64,000 nt of DNA from Escherichia coli (GCF_003334405.1 NZ_QOWM01000010.1); one strand, 5' to 3'. Shown: positions 1 through 18,237, counted from the stretch's first letter. Notes: generated by a model not told the origin, from the letters alone. Numbers and translations are program-made.

Positions 1-450
1 TGGTGGGATTTTTTTGTTCAGCTTGATGTAGCCTTCGAACTGGCTGATTGCAGTACGCACCAGCACTTCCTGTTCCCGCTCATCAATGGTCGGCGACTCC
101 AGATACTCCGCCTTCGCAGAAAAGTGTTCGCCATTGTCAGAGAGCGCAGAAATACGCGCGCGCTGTAACCCCTCGACCAGCACTTTGACGGTGCCGTCAG
201 GCAGTTTCAGCATCTGCAATATAGAGGCCACGGTCCCGACGGTGAAAAGATCGTTTACACCCGGCTCATCCGTTGAAGCTTCTTTCTGCGCGACCAGCAT
301 AATTTTTTTATCATGGTCCATCGCCGCTTCCAGACAACGGATAGATTTTTCCCGCCCGACAAATAAGGGGATGACCATGTGCGGATAAACCACCACATCG
401 CGCAGCGGCAATACGGGGATTTCAATGCGTTCAGAACGCTCAGGATTCAT
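1..450 (-). CDS. lon: Lon protease, N-terminal 150 codons (gene continues past window start)
   Basis: Reverse complement of 391..450 translates MNPERSERIEIPVLPLRDVV, the Lon N-terminus; frame stays open to position 1. Absent from ORF track because no stop lies in the window. Confidence 0.9.
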   Translation of the reverse strand, partial: MNPERSERIEIPVLPLRDVVVYPHMVIPLFVGREKSIRCLEAAMDHDKKIMLVAQKEASTDEPGVNDLFTVGTVASILQMLKLPDGTVKVLVEGLQRARISALSDNGEHFSAKAEYLESPTIDEREQEVLVRTAISQFEGYIKLNKKIPP

Positions 451-530
451 AGAGCTCTCTCTTAGTTTAATTTCCGCCAGGTAATCAGATGACACGACTG
501 TGCTTCACGCCATCTATTAACATGTACGTC

Positions 531-562
531 AGTATATGGGGATGTTTCCCCCACATTCAACG
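531..562 (-). promoter_or_regulatory. sigma-32 type heat-shock promoter upstream of lon
   Basis: Minus strand reads TTGAAT-13 nt-CCCCATAT (plus 533..560), matching sigma-32 consensus CTTGAAA/CCCCATNT, about 85 nt upstream of the lon ATG. Confidence 0.6.
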
Positions 563-576
563 CCGAGAATAGAGGA

Positions 577-606
577 AAAATTAAAGGGGAGATAAAATCC
601 CCCCTT
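577..606 (-). terminator. intrinsic terminator after clpX
   Basis: GGGGGG-ATTTTATC-TCCCC hairpin on minus strand followed by TTTAATTTTT, just downstream of the clpX stop. Confidence 0.65.
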
Positions 607-637
607 TTTGGTTAACTAATTGTATGGGAATGGTTAA

Positions 638-1912
638 TTATTCACCAGATGCCTGTTGCGCTTCCGGCTTGCCATAAATCAGCAACGGTTTGCTTTGACC
701 ATCAATTACCGACTCGTCGATAACCACTTTTTCGACGTCTTCCATGGACGGCAGATCGTACATGGTATCGAGCAGTGCGGCTTCTACGATGGAACGCAGG
801 CCACGGGCACCGGTTTTACGCGCCATCGCTTTCTTAGCGATAGCATCCAGCGCCTCGTCACGGAATTCCAGATCCACGCCTTCCAGATTAAACAGCGCCT
901 GATACTGCTTGGTCAGGGCGTTTTTCGGCTCTTTGAGGATCTGAATCAGAGCTTCTTCGCTCAGTTCATTCAACGTTGCGACAACCGGCAGACGACCAAT
1001 AAACTCAGGGATAAGACCAAACTTGATCAGATCTTCCGGTTCAACCTGCGCCAGCAGCTCGCCTTCGCTTGCTTTGTCGGACTTCGCTTTTACCGTCGCG
1101 CCAAAACCAATGCCGGAGCCGGTTTCTACACGGTGGGAAATCACTTTATCCAGACCGGCAAACGCACCGCCACAAATAAACAGGATCTTAGAGGTATCAA
1201 CCTGCAAGAATTCCTGCTGCGGATGTTTACGCCCACCTTGCGGTGGAACAGCAGCTACCGTACCTTCGATCAGTTTCAACAGTGCCTGCTGTACGCCTTC
1301 ACCGGAAACGTCTCGGGTAATGGACGGGTTGTCTGACTTACGAGAAATCTTGTCGATTTCATCGATGTAGACAATACCACGCTGTGCTTTCTGGACATCG
1401 TAGTCGCATTTCTGCAACAGCTTCTGAATGATGTTTTCAACGTCTTCACCCACATAACCGGCTTCGGTCAGTGTAGTCGCGTCGGCCATGGTGAACGGAA
1501 CATCCAGCAGGCGCGCCAGCGTTTCAGCCAGCAGCGTTTTACCGGAACCGGTCGGACCGATCAGCAGAATGTTACTTTTGCCCAACTCGACGCCATTGCT
1601 GGTATCGCCGTTGCGCAGACGTTTGTAATGGTTGTATACCGCGACCGCCAGCACTTTTTTCGCCTGTTCCTGGCCGATAACGTAATCGTCCAGGTGGTTG
1701 CGAATTTCATGCGGCGTCGGTAGCGCACTGCGTTCACGATGCGGTGCAACTTCTTTAATCTCTTCGCGAATGATGTCGTTACATAAATCAACACATTCGT
1801 CGCAGATATACACGGATGGACCGGCAATCAGCTTGCGCACTTCATGCTGGCTTTTGCCGCAAAAAGAGCAATACAGCAATTTGCCTGAGCCATCTTTGCG
1901 TTTATCTGTCAT
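638..1912 (-). CDS. clpX: ATP-dependent Clp protease ATP-binding subunit ClpX
   Basis: ORF track 424 aa; N-terminal zinc-binding CSFCGK...CDEC, Walker A GPTGSGKT; sequence recognised as ClpX. Confidence 0.97.
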
Positions 1913-2037
1913 GGGTCAAAACCTCTTCTTTGTTCTTTGTGCCGCACACGACGACGCAAATGCCATTCTCAGGCGCAAGCCGCTTACAGCGTTGTGCCGC
2001 CCTGGATAAGTATAGCGGCACAGTTGCGCCTCTGGCA

Positions 2038-2661
2038 TCAATTACGATGGGTCAGAATCGAATCGACCAGACCGTATTCCACCGCTTCAGGGGCGGAAAG
2101 GAAGCGATCGCGCTCGGTATCACGTTCAATCTGTTCTAATGATTGACCCGTATGAAGCGCCATAAGTTCATTCATGCGCCCTTTAACTTTCAGAATTTCA
2201 CGGGCATGAATTTCGATATCGGTCGCCTGGCCCTGGTAGCCGCCCAACGGTTGGTGAATCATCACGCGCGAATTCGGCAGGCAAAAACGTTTACCTTTTG
2301 CCCCTGCGGTCAGCAAGAAAGCGCCCATCGAGGCCGCCTGGCCCATACAGATGGTGCTGACATCAGGCTTGATAAACTGCATGGTGTCATAGATAGACAT
2401 CCCGGCAGTGATCACCCCGCCTGGGGAGTTAATGTACAGATAGATATCTTTTTCTGGGTTTTCCGCTTCCAGGAACAGCATCTGCGCCACAATCAGGTTA
2501 GCCATGTGGTCTTCAACCTGGCCAGTCAGAAAAATGACGCGTTCCTTAAGTAGACGAGAATAGATATCAAAAGAGCGCTCACCGCGTGAGGTCTGTTCAA
2601 TGACCATCGGCACCAGCGCCATATGGGGTGCAAAGTTATCTCGTTCGCCGCTGTATGACAT
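2038..2661 (-). CDS. clpP: ATP-dependent Clp protease proteolytic subunit ClpP
   Basis: ORF track 207 aa; catalytic serine motif GQAASMGA; recognised as ClpP; sits upstream of clpX as in the clpPX operon. Confidence 0.97.
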   Translation of the reverse strand: MSYSGERDNFAPHMALVPMVIEQTSRGERSFDIYSRLLKERVIFLTGQVEDHMANLIVAQMLFLEAENPEKDIYLYINSPGGVITAGMSIYDTMQFIKPDVSTICMGQAASMGAFLLTAGAKGKRFCLPNSRVMIHQPLGGYQGQATDIEIHAREILKVKGRMNELMALHTGQSLEQIERDTERDRFLSAPEAVEYGLVDSILTHRN

Positions 2662-2840
2662 TTCCGTCTCCTGGATAAAATTGAAAAAACCTGCTGTACC
2701 GATTGTAACCTTATGGACGGATTATCAGCTAGTCCCTGTGTTATGGGTACGGCATCACCATATTTCAAGCATAACAATCTTTTGTTGTTACGCTAACACC
2801 GAAAGAGGCTTTTCGCACGGTTCCATGCAAAATTCATGAC

Positions 2841-2877
2841 AAAAAAAAGCCCACCACCTGGCGGTGACGGGCCTTTG
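2841..2877 (-). terminator. intrinsic terminator after tig
   Basis: GC-rich imperfect hairpin (GCCCGTCACC / GGTGGTGGGC) followed by T8 on the minus strand, 30 nt downstream of the tig stop. Confidence 0.55.
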
Positions 2878-2906
2878 TGCGAATTTAGCGCGTTATGCTG
2901 CGTAAA

Positions 2907-4214
<1,308 letters not shown>

Positions 4215-4462
4215 TCAAAAAATCACAGTGCTCGGTCAACTCTTACCCCGCAAGCACAGGTTGTTGGCTTCGCGGAACCGGGATGTTCTTATAATCAATC
4301 ACATTCCCTGTTACCAGAATCATCCCGAAAGCATTCAAATAGGACGCGGCATTATAGCGGCATCACTTTTATGAGTCGAGAACGGTTATTGCGCGCTGTC
4401 GCGTATTTTTTCACAATTCCCGGGCAATTTTCGTCTGAATGCTGGGCAAAAAGCGCAAAATC

Positions 4463-4496
4463 CAGACAAAACAAAACGGCCCGCAGGCCGTTTTTC
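4463..4496. terminator. hairpin terminator between bolA and tig
   Basis: Palindrome AAAACGGCC-CGCA-GGCCGTTTT (4473..4495) flanked by A-run and T-run, able to terminate on either strand; lies after the bolA stop. Confidence 0.55.
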
Positions 4497-4548
4497 ATAA
4501 AATCTTTAGCAACATACTGGAAAAGCGCCGACAGTTGCAAATGCGTTT

Positions 4549-4866
4549 TTACGCGATGCTTCCTGCTCCACGACAGGGAGGAGAGGCAAAGACGGTGTCC
4601 TGCAACCCTTCCCACTCCTTAATAGTGTAAGTATGCAGAGCCAGCGCATGAACGGTAGTAGAGAGTTCCTCCGCTAAAGTACTGTAAATCATTCGATGAC
4701 GATTCAGAAAACGTTCACCCGTAAAACGATCGCTGACCAGCACAACTTTAAAATGGCTTTCAGAGCCGGCTGGGACATTGTGACGATAGCTTTCATCCAC
4801 TACTTCGAGGAATACGGGTTGGAACGCCGCCCTTAATTTTTCTTCTATCCGCTCACGTATCATCAT
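4549..4866 (-). CDS. bolA: transcriptional regulator BolA (105 aa)
   Basis: ORF track 4549..4899; trimmed to ATG at 4866 so that the product starts [11 protein letters not shown] and is 105 aa, the length I recall for BolA. Confidence 0.9.
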
Positions 4867-5170
4867 GAAATATCTCCTCCGACAACGCTGAGATGTCATC
4901 CATCCCTTTAAATACTAGCCGCTTTTACCGTTTCCATTGCAGCTTAACAACAAATATTTAGGTTTCGTCCTGGTTTTTCCGTCAAGCGTATGAAGTTTAC
5001 TGATTTAAAGATTGAAACACAGGCCTCGCATCAGTGTTTCTTTTACCAGGGGCGATTATTTCGTCAACATGATGAATTTACATGCCTTACCCACTTCCCC
5101 TCGCCGTTGGCAATGTTATGATGGCGGGAATTTTTACCAAACACGCTTAAGAGTCTCTGAGAGCCCGAAC

Positions 5171-5749
5171 ATGTTCAAAAAAATCCTCTTCCCGTTAGTT
5201 GCTCTGTTTATGCTTGCAGGATGCGCAAAACCGCCAACAACTATTGAAGTTTCCCCGACGATTACACTGCCACAGCAGGATCCAAGCCTGATGGGCGTCA
5301 CCGTAAGCATTAATGGTGCCGATCAGCGTACCGATCAGGCGCTGGCAAAAGTCACCCGCGATAATCAAATCGTTACCCTGACCGCCTCCCGCGATCTGCG
5401 TTTCCTGCTGCAAGAAGTGCTGGAAAAACAGATGACCGCGCGTGGTTACATGGTTGGTCCGAATGGCCCGGTTAATCTGCAAATCATCGTTAGCCAACTG
5501 TATGCTGACGTGTCCCAGGGCAACGTGCGCTACAACATCGCGACCAAAGCGGATATCGCCATCATCGCTACCGCGCAGAATGGCAACAAAATGACCAAAA
5601 ACTATCGTGCCAGCTACAACGTTGAAGGTGCGTTCCAGGCCTCCAACAAAAATATCGCCGATGCGGTTAACAGTGTGCTGACCGATACCATCGCTGATAT
5701 GTCTCAGGACACCAGCATCCACGAATTCATCAAGCAGAACGCGCGTTAA
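5171..5749 (+). CDS. yajG: lipoprotein YajG (192 aa)
   Basis: ORF track 5012..5749; trimmed to ATG at 5171 giving MFKKILFPLVALFMLAGC (signal peptide plus lipobox LAGC). Confidence 0.9.
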   Translation: MFKKILFPLVALFMLAGCAKPPTTIEVSPTITLPQQDPSLMGVTVSINGADQRTDQALAKVTRDNQIVTLTASRDLRFLLQEVLEKQMTARGYMVGPNGPVNLQIIVSQLYADVSQGNVRYNIATKADIAIIATAQNGNKMTKNYRASYNVEGAFQASNKNIADAVNSVLTDTIADMSQDTSIHEFIKQNAR

Positions 5750-5792
5750 TTTCTGCCCTCTGGCCCGGTGCAAGCCGGGCCTGTAGACGCCC

Positions 5793-7268
5793 ATGTCCAG
5801 TCAATATTTACGTATTTTTCAACAGCCGCGTTCAGCCATATTGCTGATCCTGGGTTTTGCTTCCGGGCTACCGCTCGCCCTGACATCCGGTACCTTACAG
5901 GCCTGGATGACGGTCGAGAATATTGATCTCAAAACCATTGGTTTCTTCTCTCTGGTAGGCCAGGCTTACGTTTTTAAATTCCTCTGGTCACCGCTGATGG
6001 ACCGCTACACGCCTCCATTTTTTGGGCGGCGACGCGGTTGGCTGCTCGCCACGCAAATCCTGTTATTAGTCGCCATTGCGGCGATGGGTTTTCTCGAACC
6101 AGGCACCCAACTCCGCTGGATGGCGGCGCTGGCGGTGGTGATCGCTTTTTGCTCTGCCTCCCAGGATATTGTCTTCGATGCGTGGAAAACCGATGTGCTC
6201 CCGGCAGAAGAACGTGGTGCGGGCGCGGCAATCAGCGTTCTGGGTTACCGTTTAGGGATGCTGGTTTCCGGCGGCCTAGCCCTGTGGCTGGCAGATAAAT
6301 GGCTGGGCTGGCAGGGCATGTACTGGTTGATGGCGGCGCTGTTGATCCCCTGTATTATCGCGACGTTGCTTGCACCAGAACCGACCGACACCATTCCTGT
6401 GCCAAAAACGCTGGAACAAGCGGTTGTTGCACCTCTGCGAGATTTCTTTGGTCGCAATAATGCCTGGCTTATTTTGCTTCTTATCGTGCTGTATAAGCTG
6501 GGCGACGCATTCGCCATGAGCCTGACAACCACGTTTTTGATTCGCGGCGTCGGGTTTGATGCGGGTGAAGTAGGCGTGGTTAACAAAACGCTTGGCTTAC
6601 TAGCGACCATTGTTGGCGCATTGTACGGTGGGATTTTGATGCAGCGCCTGTCACTGTTCCGGGCACTGCTGATTTTCGGCATTTTACAAGGTGCGTCTAA
6701 CGCCGGTTACTGGCTGCTGTCGATTACTGATAAGCATCTCTACAGCATGGGCGCAGCCGTCTTTTTCGAAAACCTCTGTGGCGGGATGGGCACATCAGCC
6801 TTTGTCGCGCTGTTAATGACGCTATGTAATAAGTCATTTTCCGCTACTCAATTTGCCCTGCTCTCAGCGCTTTCTGCTGTAGGGCGAGTTTATGTCGGCC
6901 CCGTGGCGGGTTGGTTTGTTGAAGCACACGGCTGGTCGACATTCTATCTATTCTCCGTCGCCGCTGCCGTACCAGGGCTTATTTTGCTGCTGGTTTGCCG
7001 CCAGACGCTTGAATATACACGAGTAAATGACAACTTTATCTCCCGTACCGCATATCCGGCAGGTTATGCCTTTGCCATGTGGACACTGGCGGCGGGCGTC
7101 AGCCTGTTGGCCGTGTGGTTACTGCTATTGACGATGGACGCGCTGGATTTGACGCACTTCTCTTTCCTGCCTGCTCTGCTGGAAGTCGGGGTTTTAGTCG
7201 CCCTTTCTGGCGTCGTGCTTGGTGGTTTGCTGGATTATCTGGCGCTACGAAAAACGCATCTGACGTAA
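5793..7268 (+). CDS. ampG: anhydromuropeptide permease AmpG (MFS transporter)
   Basis: ORF track 491 aa, polytopic membrane protein recognised as AmpG; 43 nt downstream of yajG. Confidence 0.95.
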   Translation: MSSQYLRIFQQPRSAILLILGFASGLPLALTSGTLQAWMTVENIDLKTIGFFSLVGQAYVFKFLWSPLMDRYTPPFFGRRRGWLLATQILLLVAIAAMGFLEPGTQLRWMAALAVVIAFCSASQDIVFDAWKTDVLPAEERGAGAAISVLGYRLGMLVSGGLALWLADKWLGWQGMYWLMAALLIPCIIATLLAPEPTDTIPVPKTLEQAVVAPLRDFFGRNNAWLILLLIVLYKLGDAFAMSLTTTFLIRGVGFDAGEVGVVNKTLGLLATIVGALYGGILMQRLSLFRALLIFGILQGASNAGYWLLSITDKHLYSMGAAVFFENLCGGMGTSAFVALLMTLCNKSFSATQFALLSALSAVGRVYVGPVAGWFVEAHGWSTFYLFSVAAAVPGLILLLVCRQTLEYTRVNDNFISRTAYPAGYAFAMWTLAAGVSLLAVWLLLLTMDALDLTHFSFLPALLEVGVLVALSGVVLGGLLDYLALRKTHLT

Positions 7269-7458
7269 TCTGTAAATATTATTTAGCTGTAGTAATCACT
7301 CGCCGTAATTATTACGGCTAAATAAACATCAGTATCGCTTATTAATATTTGTTCTTTTGTGCGGCTTAGCGTTTGGAAATTATTGGCGCCATTTATAAAT
7401 TCTATTTTTCTTACACGATTCAGCTAATGAGTCTTTATTTTCTCATCACCCAGTTGTC

Positions 7459-7479
7459 ACTCTAATGATAATTATTTGT
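7459..7479 (+). promoter_or_regulatory. candidate Fur box in the cyoA upstream region
   Basis: AATGATAATTATT matches the Fur 19-mer core (GATAATGATAATCATTATC) at 11 of 13 positions; inside the 459-bp AT-rich ampG-cyoA spacer. Confidence 0.35.
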
Positions 7480-7724
7480 TAAATAATTGTTTTATTTCAC
7501 ATTGGTTATACCAATTGCCCGCCCAGACTCCTTCAGCACTCCCCTTTTGTTATAACGCCCTTTTGCAACAGCTTCTTAAAATCAACCTGATATGTTTTGC
7601 AACATATGTGACCTGGCAGCCAAATCCAAGTAACAGGAATTTAATCATGTTTACAGTAATGTAACCTTCCCGTAAAATGCCCACACACTTTAAACGCCAC
7701 CAGATCCCGTGGAATTGAGGTCGT

Positions 7725-8675
<951 letters not shown>

Positions 8676-8684
8676 AGGGGTTGA

Positions 8685-11621
<2,937 letters not shown>

Positions 11622-11632
11622 GAGCGGCGGTT

Positions 11633-12523
11633 ATGATGTTTAAGCAATACCTGCAAGTAACGAAACCAGGCATCATCTTTGGCAACCTGATCTCGGTGAT
11701 TGGGGGATTCCTGCTGGCCTCAAAGGGCAGCATTGATTATCCCCTGTTTATCTACACGCTGGTTGGGGTGTCACTGGTTGTGGCGTCGGGTTGTGTGTTT
11801 AACAACTACATCGACAGGGATATCGACAGAAAGATGGAAAGGACGAAGAATCGGGTGCTGGTGAAAGGCCTGATCTCTCCTGCTGTCTCGCTGGTGTACG
11901 CCACGTTGCTGGGTATTGCTGGCTTTATGCTGCTGTGGTTTGGCGCGAATCCGCTGGCCTGCTGGCTGGGGGTGATGGGCTTTGTGGTTTATGTCGGCGT
12001 TTATAGCCTGTACATGAAACGCCACTCTGTCTACGGCACGTTGATTGGTTCGCTCTCCGGCGCTGCGCCGCCGGTGATCGGCTACTGTGCGGTAACCGGT
12101 GAGTTCGATAGCGGCGCAGCGATCCTGCTGGCTATCTTCAGCCTGTGGCAGATGCCTCACTCCTATGCCATCGCCATTTTCCGCTTTAAGGATTACCAGG
12201 CGGCAAACATTCCGGTATTGCCAGTGGTAAAAGGCATTTCGGTGGCGAAGAATCACATCACGCTGTATATCATCGCCTTTGCCGTTGCCACGCTGATGCT
12301 CTCTCTTGGCGGTTACGCTGGGTATAAATATCTGGTGGTCGCCGCGGCGGTTAGCGTCTGGTGGTTAGGTATGGCTCTGCGCGGTTATAAAGTTGCTGAT
12401 GACAGAATCTGGGCGCGCAAGCTGTTCGGCTTCTCTATCATCGCCATCACTGCCCTCTCGGTGATGATGTCCGTTGATTTTATGGTACCGGACTCGCATA
12501 CGCTGCTGGCTGCTGTGTGGTAA
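11633..12523 (+). CDS. cyoE: heme O synthase (protoheme IX farnesyltransferase), 296 aa
   Basis: ORF track 11588..12523 trimmed to ATG at 11633 ([13 protein letters not shown]); UbiA-family prenyltransferase. Confidence 0.93.
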
Positions 12524-12671
12524 CAAAACCTCTCTATTAAAAAGGTGCTACGGCACCTTTTTTCTTAGCATTAGAAACATATCCCTCTCGAAATATTTAC
12601 TAAAAAATCCGCATGTTTACCCCATTCGTTTGCCGCTTTACACTAGTCGCGAATTTAAAACAGAGGTGGTA

Positions 12672-14036
12672 ATGAACGATTATAAAATGACGCCAGGTGA
12701 GAGGCGCGCGACCTGGGGTTTAGGGACCGTATTCTCGTTGCGCATGCTGGGCATGTTTATGGTTCTGCCGGTTCTGACCACGTACGGCATGGCTCTGCAA
12801 GGTGCCAGCGAAGCATTAATCGGTATTGCCATTGGTATTTATGGTCTGACTCAGGCCGTTTTTCAGATTCCGTTTGGCCTGCTTTCCGACCGCATTGGTC
12901 GCAAACCATTAATTGTCGGTGGGCTGGCGGTGTTTGCCGCCGGTAGCGTTATCGCTGCGCTTTCCGACTCCATCTGGGGAATTATTCTGGGCCGGGCGCT
13001 ACAAGGCTCTGGAGCAATTGCCGCCGCCGTTATGGCGCTGCTTTCCGATCTCACGCGCGAACAAAACCGCACCAAAGCGATGGCGTTTATCGGCGTGAGC
13101 TTTGGCATTACCTTTGCCATTGCGATGGTGCTTGGCCCGATCATCACTCACAAACTTGGGCTGCACGCGCTGTTCTGGATGATCGCTATTCTGGCAACGA
13201 CCGGCATTGCGTTGACCATTTGGGTTGTGCCCAACAGTAGCACTCACGTACTTAATCGTGAGTCCGGAATGGTGAAAGGCAGTTTCAGTAAAGTGCTGGC
13301 GGAACCGCGGCTGCTGAAACTCAACTTTGGCATTATGTGTCTGCATATTTTGCTGATGTCGACGTTTGTTGCCCTGCCCGGACAACTGGCTGATGCAGGG
13401 TTCCCGGCGGCTGAACACTGGAAGGTCTATCTGGCGACAATGCTAATCGCCTTTGGCTCGGTCGTGCCTTTCATTATCTACGCTGAAGTTAAGCGCAAAA
13501 TGAAGCAAGTCTTTGTCTTCTGCGTCGGGTTGATCGTGGTTGCGGAAATTGTGTTGTGGAACGCGCAAACGCAGTTCTGGCAACTGGTGGTCGGCGTGCA
13601 GCTTTTCTTTGTGGCGTTTAATTTGATGGAAGCCCTCCTGCCCTCACTTATCAGTAAAGAGTCGCCAGCAGGTTACAAAGGTACGGCGATGGGTGTTTAC
13701 TCCACCAGCCAGTTTCTTGGCGTGGCGATTGGCGGTTCGCTGGGCGGCTGGATTAACGGCATGTTTGACGGTCAGGGGGTATTTCTCGCTGGCGCAATGC
13801 TGGCCGCAGTGTGGCTGACAGTCGCCAGTACCATGAAAGAACCGCCGTATGTCAGCAGTTTGCGCATTGAAATCCCGGCGAACATTGCCGCAAACGAGGC
13901 GTTAAAAGTGCGTTTGCTAGAAACTGAAGGCATCAAAGAAGTGTTGATTGCAGAAGAAGAACATTCAGCTTATGTGAAAATCGACAGCAAAGTGACGAAT
14001 CGCTTTGAGATAGAACAGGCAATTCGTCAGGCATAA
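12672..14036 (+). CDS. yajR: MFS transporter YajR (454 aa)
   Basis: ORF track 12474..14036 trimmed to ATG at 12672 (MNDYKMTPGERRATWG) with GAGGTGG 5 nt upstream. Confidence 0.9.
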   Translation: MNDYKMTPGERRATWGLGTVFSLRMLGMFMVLPVLTTYGMALQGASEALIGIAIGIYGLTQAVFQIPFGLLSDRIGRKPLIVGGLAVFAAGSVIAALSDSIWGIILGRALQGSGAIAAAVMALLSDLTREQNRTKAMAFIGVSFGITFAIAMVLGPIITHKLGLHALFWMIAILATTGIALTIWVVPNSSTHVLNRESGMVKGSFSKVLAEPRLLKLNFGIMCLHILLMSTFVALPGQLADAGFPAAEHWKVYLATMLIAFGSVVPFIIYAEVKRKMKQVFVFCVGLIVVAEIVLWNAQTQFWQLVVGVQLFFVAFNLMEALLPSLISKESPAGYKGTAMGVYSTSQFLGVAIGGSLGGWINGMFDGQGVFLAGAMLAAVWLTVASTMKEPPYVSSLRIEIPANIAANEALKVRLLETEGIKEVLIAEEEHSAYVKIDSKVTNRFEIEQAIRQA

Positions 14037-14044
14037 AAAACGCG

Positions 14045-14140
14045 GCGAATTGCCTGCTGCGCTACGCTTATCAGGCCTACAAAGTTTCTGAATTACAAAC
14101 CTTTGTAGGCCGAATCAGGCGTTCATGCCGCATCTGACAT
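14045..14140. repeat. REP/BIME palindromic units (two inverted REP-like copies)
   Basis: GCCTGCTGCGCTACGCTTATCAGGCCTAC (about 14050..14082) and inverted TTTGTAGGCCGAATCAGGCGTTCATGCCGCATCTGACATG (about 14102..14139), in the convergent yajR/yajQ spacer. Confidence 0.6.
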
Positions 14141-14163
14141 GAACAAAACGCACATAGTCGCGA

Positions 14164-14655
14164 TTAATCGCGGAAGTTTTTGAACTGGAACGGCTGACCG
14201 AGATCGCCACCACGTACCATCGCCATGACAGCCTGCAAATCATCACGAGATTTGCCCGTTACGCGGATTTCATCGCCCTGAATTTGCGCCTGCACTTTCA
14301 GTTTGCTGTCTTTGATCATCTTGACGATTTTCTTCTGGGTCGCGCTCTCAATGCCCTGTTTCAGTTTCGCTTCCACAAACCAGGTTTTACCGCTATGAAC
14401 GATATTCTCCGGTACATCCAGCGAACTGCCTTCAATGCCGCGCTTCAGCAGCTTGGCACGCAGAATATCCAGCAACTGATTGACCTGGAAATCGGACTCG
14501 CTCAACACTTTGATGGTTTTGCTGGCGTCGTTCAGCTCAAATGAGGCTTCAACGTTACGGAAGTCAAAACGGGACTCCACTTCGCGGCTCGCGTTATCGA
14601 CCGCGTTACGTGCTTCCTGAAGATCAACTTCAGAGACAATATCGAAAGATGGCAT
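14164..14655 (-). CDS. yajQ: nucleotide-binding protein YajQ (163 aa)
   Basis: ORF track 14164..14823 trimmed to ATG at 14655 ([17 protein letters not shown]). Confidence 0.9.
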
Positions 14656-14822
14656 CTTTTCCTCTCCCTTCATTTTTGATGCGAAGCATAATACCCGCAA
14701 AGTTAAATAACCGACAGTCCTGCACCAGGACGTATCCCTTAATTGTGCATAGTCGCAACAGCATGCACAATTAAGGGATAGCCTTATTGAACACCCGGAG
14801 TGGTTGCGGGTGAGGAGGAACA

Positions 14823-16287
<1,465 letters not shown>

Positions 16288-16302
16288 TGTCGGATGCGGC
16301 AA

Positions 16303-16328
16303 ACGTCGCATCTGACCAGATGCGACGT
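16303..16328. other. perfect 12-bp inverted repeat (hairpin) between convergent yajL and thiI
   Basis: ACGTCGCATCTG-AC-CAGATGCGACGT; no flanking T-run on either strand, so REP-like stem-loop rather than canonical intrinsic terminator. Confidence 0.4.
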
Positions 16329-16340
16329 AAAAACCACAAA

Positions 16341-17789
16341 TTACGGGCGATATACCTTCACATTGTTAAAGCCCTGCTCGCGCAGATAGAGCGCCTGCAG
16401 ACGGCTCATCACCCCGCGCTCACACCACAGCAGCCAGGTTTTGTTCTGGTCGAGATCGCCAAATTTGGTGCTCAGTTTATAGAACGGCAGAGAAACCACA
16501 TCAATCCCTTCGACTTTCAGTGGCTTATCTTCCTGTTCATCGATAGAACGGATATCGAGGATCACGTCGTTCGGGCCGAAGCCATTGACGGTTTCCACTT
16601 CCACCACTTCCTGCTCGGTCTGCTGGGCGATTTCGCGGATATCAACGTTATTCGCTTCCTCAACCACTTTATCGAGAATGCTGAAGTCGAACTTCTCTTC
16701 TTCCGCTTCAATCTTCGATTTAACTGCTTTCACCGTCGGGCTTTTGGAGATCACACCACAATATTCCGGCATCGTGCGAGCAAAGTCTTCGGTGCCAATC
16801 TGGCGGGCCAGGTTGATGATGTGCTCTTTGTCGTAAGAGATCAGCGGACGCAGGATCAGCGTGTCGGAGACGTTATCAATCAGGCGCAGGTTGGTCAGCG
16901 TCTGGCTGGACACCTGGCCGAGCGCTTCGCCGGTGACCAGCGCCTGTACGCCGTAACGTTCAGCCACTTTAGATGCGGCACGCACCATCATACGTTTGAG
17001 GATAACGCCCATCTGACCGTCGTCGATTTTCTCGAGAATTTCCCCGACGACCGGTTCGAAATTAATAGCGACAAAACGCACGCGGTGGGAGCTGCCAAAG
17101 CGGTTCCACAGATAATGCGCCACCTGACGCACGCCAATTTCATGCGCCGCGCCGCCGAGGTTAAAGAAGCAGTAATGCACGCGGCAGCCGCGACGCATCA
17201 ACATATAACTGGAAACACCGGAGTCGAAACCACCGGAAATGAGCGACAGCACATCTTCCTGGGTGCCGATCGGGAAACCGCCAATACCTTCGTAGCGGCC
17301 TTTAATCAGCAGGAGACGATCGTCTTCCACTTCCAGATGGACAGTCACATCCGGATTGGTCAGCTTCACGCGCGCGGATTCAATATGCTGATTTAAACCG
17401 CCGCCGACGTAACGTTCCACATCAATCGAGCTAAAATCATGTTTGCCACGGCGCTTCACGCGTACGCAGAAGGTTTTGCCTTCCAGCTGATCGCGATACT
17501 GAACCAACGCTTTCTCGAAAATATCGTGCATGTCGGTAAACGGCACGTCTTCGACTTCGAGAATATGGTGGATACCCGGAATACGGGTCAGAGCGTCGCG
17601 AATAGCCAGACGCTGGTTTTCATCTTTTGCGCGAACTTCGATGTTATCCCAGTGGCGGACGACAGCGAGCGTCTCATCATAGTGCTTTAAAACGTTACGA
17701 ATGTTCCCGGTAAGGATTTTTATAAAGCGCAAGCGCACAGATTGGCTTTTGATGGTGATTTCCGGGAACAATTTAATGATAAACTTCAT
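16341..17789 (-). CDS. thiI: tRNA 4-thiouridine synthase ThiI (with C-terminal rhodanese domain)
   Basis: ORF track 482 aa; PP-loop SGGFDS, C-terminal rhodanese-like segment; start codon confirmed at 17787..17789. Confidence 0.96.
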
Positions 17790-17994
17790 GGCGGCAATGG
17801 TTCGTTGGCAAGCCTTAAGCGACTTGTATAGGGAAAAATACAGCAGCCCACACCTGCGGCTGCATCCAGGCGCGGAAGTATACCACTAACATCGCTTTGC
17901 TGTGCACATCACCTTACCATTGCGCGTTATTTGCTATTTGCCCTGAGTCCGTTACCATGACGGGGCGAAAAATATTGAGAGTCAGACATTCATT

Positions 17995-18237
17995 ATGCCG
18001 AAGAAAAATGAGGCGCCCGCCAGCTTTGAAAAGGCGCTGAGCGAGCTGGAACAGATTGTAACCCGTCTGGAAAGTGGCGACCTGCCGCTGGAAGAGGCGC
18101 TGAACGAGTTCGAACGCGGCGTGCAGCTGGCACGTCAGGGGCAGGCCAAATTACAACAAGCCGAACAGCGCGTACAAATTCTGCTGTCTGACAATGAAGA
18201 CGCCTCTCTAACCCCTTTTACACCGGACAATGAGTAA
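17995..18237 (+). CDS. xseB: exodeoxyribonuclease VII small subunit
   Basis: ORF track 80 aa, recognised as XseB. Confidence 0.95.

Noticed and set aside
7303-7319. Palindrome GCCGTAATTATTACGGC after ampG as an intrinsic terminator
   Set aside because: Perfect palindrome but not followed by a T-run on the plus strand; may be a weak or factor-dependent terminator, so not called.
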